Assembly: GCA_001661245.1 (NCBI GenBank)
Contig: KV454011.1
Coordinates: 2,037,271 to 2,101,270 of the forward strand
Source of the DNA: Pachysolen tannophilus NRRL Y-2460
Lineage: Eukaryota
DNA: 64,000 bases
Reading direction: 5' to 3'
Part shown: positions 57,758 to 64,000 of the stretch, in pieces
Position numbering within the stretch: position 1 is the stretch's first letter
How the letters are laid out: each line of letters begins with the position of its first letter
The notes under the pieces: generated by a model
Database searches by the model: none
The model's input: only the letters and a program-made list of their open reading frames with translations
Told to the model about the DNA's origin: nothing
Made by a program: the position numbers and the translations under genes

Positions 57758-58934
57758 TTATAAAAATCTCTCATGAATTAAATGAGGATTTTCTTGCCAT
57801 TCATTTTTATTTATCCACATTTTTTTTAAAAGTACTCAAACCTGCTAATATTGATCCACCTATCCATGTACTATATTTTCTTTCAGGAGGAGCATATATT
57901 TTAATTTTTGTATTTTTCTCTGATGAATTTTTTAATTCATTTAATAATCTATTTCCAAAACCTTTAAAAAGAGTAGTTCCACCACTTAAAACAATTGATT
58001 TATATAGTGAAGGTCTAAGTTCTAAATCAACTTTTAAAATTGATTCACTTAAAATTTCATGTATTCCTTGAAATTCAGAACCTATTAATTGTGGATGAAA
58101 TAAAATTTCTGTTGCTCTAAACCTTTCAGGTCCAAGATTTATTATTTTACCATCTGGTAATTTATATATTTCATGTTGTCTTGAGTCTGTTGTTGTTTCT
58201 AACATTGGATTTGTTGATAAATAATTTATCCATTCATTTTCATCTTTTCTTGGATTTTCAGATATAAAACAATTTTTTTCTTTAATAATTCTAACAATTT
58301 CCTTTTCAGAAGAAGTCATTAACATATAACCAGATTTTCTTAATAAAAATTGTAATTGTTCAGTAATATCTCTACCTGCAACATCAATTCTTCTAATAGC
58401 TGAAGGTAAAGAAAATCCTTCATAAACTGGAACAACATGTGAAACTCCATCACCTGAATCCAATACAACACCCGTTGTTCTTCCAGAAGAATATAAAGCT
58501 AATACAGCTTGAACTGATATATATAAAGCTGGAATATTAAAAGTTTCAAAAAAAATCTCACTACATTTTTCTCTATGTCTTGATGGATTTAATGGAGCTT
58601 CTGTTAATAATATAGGATGTTCTTCTGCATTAATTTTTAAATTTTGAGAAAAAATATTTGACCATAATAATTCCATATCATCCCAATTTTCCACCACTCC
58701 ATGAGATATTGGATATTTTAAACTTAACAATCCACGATTTTCTTGAGCTCTATTACCTATAAATGTATCTCCTTCTAAAGCTCCTGCCATAATTTTTGAA
58801 TATTTGGGCCGACCTATAATAGATGAAGTAATAAATTTTGGTTTATCATCACCTGCAAACCCAGATTTTAAAGAACCCGAACCATTATCAATCACCACCG
58901 GTTGATTTAACAAAATCGGTTGATCTGGATCCAT
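57758..58934 (-). CDS. ARP1: Actin-related protein 1 (centractin); C-terminus needs a 1-nt shift near 57823
   Basis: [74 protein letters not shown] follows in the shifted frame. Confidence 0.88.
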
Positions 58935-59125
58935 AACATATAACCAAACAGCCAAACAAAAAAAAAAACAAAAAGAAACCTTCTAGGACTCTATGTTCTA
59001 TCAATTGATCTTATAACTTCTTTAATATAACTATACATAGATAGATAGATTCCTTTTGGTTTTGGCGTTTACCCTTATTTCTACTGGTAAACAAAAACAA
59101 AAAAAAAAATAAAAAAAAAAAAATA

Positions 59126-59215
59126 AGCGAATTCTGTGGATCGAACACAGGACCTTTAGATTGCAACGCTTAGCACGACTTCAGTCTAACGCTCTCCCAA
59201 CTGAGCTAAATCCGC
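59126..59215 (-). tRNA. tRNA-Phe(GAA) with 17-nt intron (59162-59178)
   Basis: GCGGATTTAGCTCAGTTGGGAGAGCG TTAGA CTGAAG [intron] ATCTAA AGGTCCTGTGTTCGATCCACAGAATTCGC, followed by a poly-T terminator. Confidence 0.97.
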
Positions 59216-59484
59216 CTCGGAGATGGACGATTGCAGGCGGATTCCGCACTATACGTTAGGAAGTGTAGAATTTTTTCAACGAAGATACCATATGATAACC
59301 ATTTGAACCAGGGAACAATTTTGTATAAAGATAGAAATATTTTAATTTTGTAAAGAAAAAAGAAAGAGAGAGAGAGAGAGCTAGAGCTAAAGAGTATTAA
59401 TCAGAGCATATTTAAATCAAACTAAGAAGAAAAAGGAAAAGGAAAAGGAAAAGGAAAAGAAAGAAAAAAAACTCCATATGTTGG

Positions 59485-60555
59485 TTAGATTTCCTGCATA
59501 GCGACAATATTGGTTAAATCTGCAGGTTCTTTTGCATTTGTACCTGTGATTTGTTTTTCCATATAATTTTGCTTATCGTAATCATCTTCTAATTGTTTAT
59601 AACCATGCAGCAGATTTGTGCTATCCATTCCATCGACTGTTCCGGATCCTGGCATGAAAATAACTTTACTATTTGCACTTTTGGCCATACTATTCATTGC
59701 ATCCAAATATCTAATTTGCATTGCAGCTTTAGATGATAAGATATCAGCAGCTTTTCTCATTAATTTTGCACTTTCTACTTCTGCTTTTGCAGTTATAATT
59801 TTACTTTCACCAATTCTCTTTGCTTCTGCAGCTTTTGATAATGACAGTTCAACTGTTGGAGGTAATCCTAAATCTTTAATTAAGATACTTTCAATATGGA
59901 CCCCCCATGAAGTTGCAATATCAGTAATTATTTCTTCAATAGCAGATGCAATATCTTCTCTTTTTTCAATAACATCTTGTAAATTAACAGCACCAACAAC
60001 ATGTCTTAAAGTAGTTTGTGTTCTTTCAACAATTGCATTTTGAACATCAGAAATACCGAAAACTGTTTTTGATGGTTCAATAACGTTATAATATAACACA
60101 CTGCTTAATTCAACATTAACATTATCTTTAGTCATACATCTTTGAGTAGGAATTTCAACAAGTTGAATCAATATAGGAACTTTGAAAAGATGTTCAGTTA
60201 TAGGATTAACTTTAACTAATCCAGGATCAACACCTCTATACAATTTACCATACCTTGTAACTAACCCCACATTACCTTCTTCAACATTTTTATAAGGATT
60301 TGGACAACATATACAACATGGACATAAACCTAAAAATCCAATAAAATTTCCAAAAGATTGCTTTAATGAACCATAAGTTTCAGTCTTTGGTGGTTCCCAT
60401 TGAAATGAAAAAGAAGGAACATTCATTCCTGTATTCTTTGTAGGTGGCCTATTAATAACTGGTGGAACAATTGGTTTCTTAAAAGAACCACTCGAAGATC
60501 CTTGATCTGTCAGAAGAACACTTGGATCCATCTGGAAAGTTTCTCGATTACTCAT
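59485..60555 (-). CDS. Stomatin/SPFH (band 7) family protein
   Basis: Cys-rich CPCCICCPNPY; TKDNV, QTTLRHVVG, AEVESAKLMRKAADIL, AMQIRYL. Confidence 0.88.
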   Translation of the reverse strand: MSNRETFQMDPSVLLTDQGSSSGSFKKPIVPPVINRPPTKNTGMNVPSFSFQWEPPKTETYGSLKQSFGNFIGFLGLCPCCICCPNPYKNVEEGNVGLVTRYGKLYRGVDPGLVKVNPITEHLFKVPILIQLVEIPTQRCMTKDNVNVELSSVLYYNVIEPSKTVFGISDVQNAIVERTQTTLRHVVGAVNLQDVIEKREDIASAIEEIITDIATSWGVHIESILIKDLGLPPTVELSLSKAAEAKRIGESKIITAKAEVESAKLMRKAADILSSKAAMQIRYLDAMNSMAKSANSKVIFMPGSGTVDGMDSTNLLHGYKQLEDDYDKQNYMEKQITGTNAKEPADLTNIVAMQEI

Positions 60556-60976
60556 ATCTTAATCAATTTTAATAATAATTTTACTTTATAAACTTTTAAT
60601 CATAAAAATTTTCGAAAAATAGATTATTTCTTTACATTTATATACATAATTATTCCTAAAACAGTTTTTAACATAAAGCAGCCAATCAATATTTATATCC
60701 ATTCTTTAACTAAACAAGAATATTATTTATTATCAGATCTCGCAAAATAGTTAGCCGCATACGTTATAACTTTGCCCTAATTTTTTAAAAGTAAGTGGTA
60801 TTAATAATTGATTAATTAATAATAAATAGATAATGAATTATGCATATTATACAGCATTGGCATACTATAAGTACACTAAATTGCTATTATTATTACTATA
60901 ATGATATTATATATATATATATATATATATATAATTTAAACTATTTAATCTATAATTTCTGGTCATTTATTTCTGA

Positions 60977-62140
60977 TTAGCGTACATTTGCATTAACGAT
61001 TGTTGAATTGTGTAATACTTCGCCTTTTGAATTAACCAATTTTGCATCTGGTTTCCCTTCTTGTTTGTAAATGACTTCAAATTTATCATTTGTAGAGAAA
61101 TTTGGTTGAACAGTTTCCCAAATTTTCTTTTTAGGGTTTAATACTTTTTCAGGGGTTCCATCAAAACCTTCAAAGAAAATTTTATCACCCGGTTTTGAAC
61201 CTGGTGGTGGATTAACAAATTCAACTTTCCCCTCATCGGATGCACATAATACCATTGCACAAGATTTTATACCTCTCATGGTAACTGGTTTCAAATTAGC
61301 AATAACAACTACATAACGTTCCTGCATTGCTTCCAATGGGAAATAATTTACTAAACCAGAACAAACGGTACGTGGTCCTTCTTCATCACCCATATCAATA
61401 GTGGAGACATATAACGAGTCTGCATCTGGGTGTTTTACAGCCTTTTGGATAAAACCAACACGGAAATCAATCATTGAAGGGTTTGGTGGTACCAGAGCAG
61501 CTTTAGCCTTGGCTTCTTGTTCTGCTTTTGCCTTTGCCTTGGCAGCTTTCTTAGCTTCAGCTTTTGCCTTTTTCTCAGGATCTTCTTCCTTAGAAGTAGC
61601 ACCAGATGCTGATGCTGACTCTGCACCGGCTGCAGAGGCAGCTTGTGCTGGTGCTGAAGCTTGTGCTGATTTTTTCTCCTTCTTTGCTTCTTTTGTACCA
61701 GTAGCAGTAGAAGCAGAATCTTTCTTCTTCTTCTCTGGCTTTGCCTTAACTTCCCTTGGAATCTCAACATCATAATTCAATTTCAATTTCATATCATCAG
61801 GAATGGTAATCAAGGAATTTTGAATTAAATCAGCCCATCTAAATACATGTCTAAATTGTGCTAATTCTTCAACACTATAATTTTTACCTGTTAAAATTGG
61901 TAAAACTTTAACAAAAACCTTCACATCAGCAATCGACAGCTTATTACCTAACAAATATGTCTTATTCCTTAAATTATCATTAAATTCAACTAAAGATTCA
62001 GGTAATCTTTTTGATAATGTTAACCATTGAGATTCTAATGCCAATTCTTCACTAGATAATTCCGCAAATTCAGAACTTAAATCAGCTTTTTCAACATCTT
62101 TCAAGCTCAAAGCTTTCAAAGGAGCAACCAAATCAGCCAT
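60977..62140 (-). CDS. ARC1: Aminoacyl-tRNA synthetase cofactor Arc1
   Basis: GST-like N-terminus (RHVFRWADLIQN), K/A-rich linker, OB fold (IDFRVG, HPDADSLYVS, NLKPVTMRGIKS); ATG 62140. Confidence 0.92.
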   Translation of the reverse strand: MADLVAPLKALSLKDVEKADLSSEFAELSSEELALESQWLTLSKRLPESLVEFNDNLRNKTYLLGNKLSIADVKVFVKVLPILTGKNYSVEELAQFRHVFRWADLIQNSLITIPDDMKLKLNYDVEIPREVKAKPEKKKKDSASTATGTKEAKKEKKSAQASAPAQAASAAGAESASASGATSKEEDPEKKAKAEAKKAAKAKAKAEQEAKAKAALVPPNPSMIDFRVGFIQKAVKHPDADSLYVSTIDMGDEEGPRTVCSGLVNYFPLEAMQERYVVVIANLKPVTMRGIKSCAMVLCASDEGKVEFVNPPPGSKPGDKIFFEGFDGTPEKVLNPKKKIWETVQPNFSTNDKFEVIYKQEGKPDAKLVNSKGEVLHNSTIVNANVR

Positions 62141-62204
62141 TCTAACAATCAAATAACTCTTCAATATATATATTTCTATCAACCAATTCAAACAACAAGA
62201 TTTT

Positions 62205-62243
62205 TCCTCATCAATTCAATTTTTTAAAAAATTGAAAAATTTT
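62205..62243. promoter_or_regulatory. PAC-like (GATGAG, minus strand) and RRPE (TGAAAAATTTT) motifs in the ARC1/DOM34 divergent promoter
   Basis: cctcatc at about 62205-62211; TGAAAAATTTT at 62233-62243. Confidence 0.5.
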
Positions 62244-62377
62244 TGAATTCATTTTTTTTTTGACCATTTTCTTCTTTTTTTAAAAAAAAGTAAAAAAACA
62301 GCAAAGAAAAAAAAAGTTGTACTAAACAAATTAGGGCTTCTATAGAACGTTATATGAGATAGTGTTGAAGATAATAT

Positions 62378-63562
62378 ATGAAGTTGATAAAGCAGAGTTT
62401 TGAGAAGGATTCTGGAGGGTCTGTGACGTTGGTGCTGGAGGATAAGGAGGACTTGTGGTCTTTGTACAATTTAATTCAAAAAGATGATGTTATTGATTTA
62501 AAAACTGTGAGGAATGTTAAACTTGGGAGTAAGCTGGGTTTAGGTTCAAGTTTAAAGAATAGTAAGAGTGAGAGGAAAGTTGTTTATTTAAGTATTAAGA
62601 TTGAAGATATTGAGTTCAATGCTTCTGATGAGGTGATGAGGTTAAGGGGGAAGACAACAAAGCAAAATGATGATGTTCCATTAAATTCATATCATACTGC
62701 AGAATTAGAATTTAATCATAGTTTTACATTATATAAAGATGAATGGGATCAAATTTCTTTTGATATTATTACTAAATCTTGTTCAATTGAAGAAAAAGCT
62801 GAAGTTGGAGCAATTATAATGGAAGAAGGAATTGCACATATTTGTCTTTTAACTGATAATATGACTGTATTAAGGGCAAAAATTGAAAAATCAATACCAA
62901 AGAAGAAAAGAGGTGATAATTCTCAATATGAAAAGCTGTATAATAAATTTCTTAAGATGTGTAATGATACGATATTAAGGAATTTTGATTTAGAAAAATT
63001 AAAAGCTGTTATAATTGCATCACCAGGTTTTGTTGCAAGTAAATTATATGAATTTATTATTAAAGAAGCTCAATCTAATACAGATAAAATAGTATTGGCA
63101 AATAAATCTAAATTTATAGTTACACATTCTTCAACAGGATTTTTACAAGGTTTAGAAGAAATTTTGAAAAATCCAGATTTACAGAAAAAATTAAGTGATA
63201 CAAAATTTAGTAGAGAAGTAATAGTGATGGATAATTTTGTTCAAATCTTAAACGTTGATGATAATAGAGCTTATTATGGTCAAAAAGAATGTGAAAAAGC
63301 TATATTGCAACATCCAGGTAGTGTTAAGATTTTATTAATAACAGATACTTTATTTAGAAATGATGATATTGCTTTGAGAAAATATTATATTAATTTAACA
63401 GAAAATGTGAAAAAAACAGGTGGTGAAGTCATCATCTTTTCGAGTCTGCATGAATGTGGTGAACAACTAGATCAATTAACTGGAATTGCTGTCATATTGA
63501 ACTATCCTGTTTACGATTTAGATGAAGATGAAGATGAAGATGAAGAAGAAGAAGAAGAATAA
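62378..63562 (+). CDS. DOM34: Ribosome rescue factor Dom34/Pelota
   Basis: EDKEDLWSLYNLI, YHTAEL, IASPGF, GEQLDQLTGIAVIL. Confidence 0.95.
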   Translation: MKLIKQSFEKDSGGSVTLVLEDKEDLWSLYNLIQKDDVIDLKTVRNVKLGSKLGLGSSLKNSKSERKVVYLSIKIEDIEFNASDEVMRLRGKTTKQNDDVPLNSYHTAELEFNHSFTLYKDEWDQISFDIITKSCSIEEKAEVGAIIMEEGIAHICLLTDNMTVLRAKIEKSIPKKKRGDNSQYEKLYNKFLKMCNDTILRNFDLEKLKAVIIASPGFVASKLYEFIIKEAQSNTDKIVLANKSKFIVTHSSTGFLQGLEEILKNPDLQKKLSDTKFSREVIVMDNFVQILNVDDNRAYYGQKECEKAILQHPGSVKILLITDTLFRNDDIALRKYYINLTENVKKTGGEVIIFSSLHECGEQLDQLTGIAVILNYPVYDLDEDEDEDEEEEEE

Positions 63563-63634
63563 TGAGAAATCGATGTAGAATAAATATATATTAAATTAAA
63601 TAAATTAAGTTATTAATTACCATTTTGTTTTCTT

Positions 63635-64000
63635 TTAGAAACGTAATTTCCCACTTTTTAATTCTCTTGGATAAATTCCAAAGAAAACTCGCAAATACCA
63701 CACATCATCTCCTTTCAAATATTGTAATCCATCTTGTAATAATCCCAAGACTAGTCCAAGTGTCGCACCTTTTTTCATAAAATTTTTAGCTTGAGTATTA
63801 GCAAGCCCATAATAATTACTATATATATATCCTGAAAGTACAGTTGCCATCATGGTGTTCCCAAAATCAATACAATTCCTAAACTTATCTAATCCAGCCT
63901 CTATCACAAATATAGAACCCGTTAAAACTGATAACTTTATAGCATTTGTAATTGCTGTCTTGAAAGAATTTACCAAACAAAAATAATTTTTTCTTTTATG
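63635..64000 (-). CDS. Partial (5' end outside window) Tim17-like mitochondrial membrane protein
   Basis: Frame stays open to the window edge (HKRKNY...); Gly-rich TM segments such as GATLGLVLGLLQDGL. Confidence 0.5.
   Translation of the reverse strand, partial: HKRKNYFCLVNSFKTAITNAIKLSVLTGSIFVIEAGLDKFRNCIDFGNTMMATVLSGYIYSNYYGLANTQAKNFMKKGATLGLVLGLLQDGLQYLKGDDVWYLRVFFGIYPRELKSGKLRF

Overview
AT-rich, gene-dense budding-yeast (Saccharomycotina) chromosome segment with about 30 protein-coding genes, one intron-containing tRNA-Phe gene, eight spliceosomal introns that I could reconstruct, and two N-gaps. CTG codons fall at positions that are Ala in homologues (e.g. the acyl-CoA oxidase WWIGGA[A]H motif). 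This suggests a CUG-Ala clade yeast, possibly Pachysolen-like, so 'L' at CTG in the supplied translations is probably wrong. The main structural feature is a complete TPP riboswitch aptamer inside the 486-nt intron of a DUR31-like sodium:solute symporter. It is flanked by candidate switching elements: a duplicated P1 3' strand next to an alternative 5' splice site, and a hairpin next to the main 5' splice site. Other points of interest are a three-exon protein resembling a divergent Hook-type dynein adaptor, two genes (ChAPs family and ARP1) broken by single-base shifts in TTT-A(n) runs, and a conserved MNL1-SCH9-SKN7-SET5-FMP10-FAU1-BAT1 gene order. All gene names rest on recognised motifs; no database searches were run.
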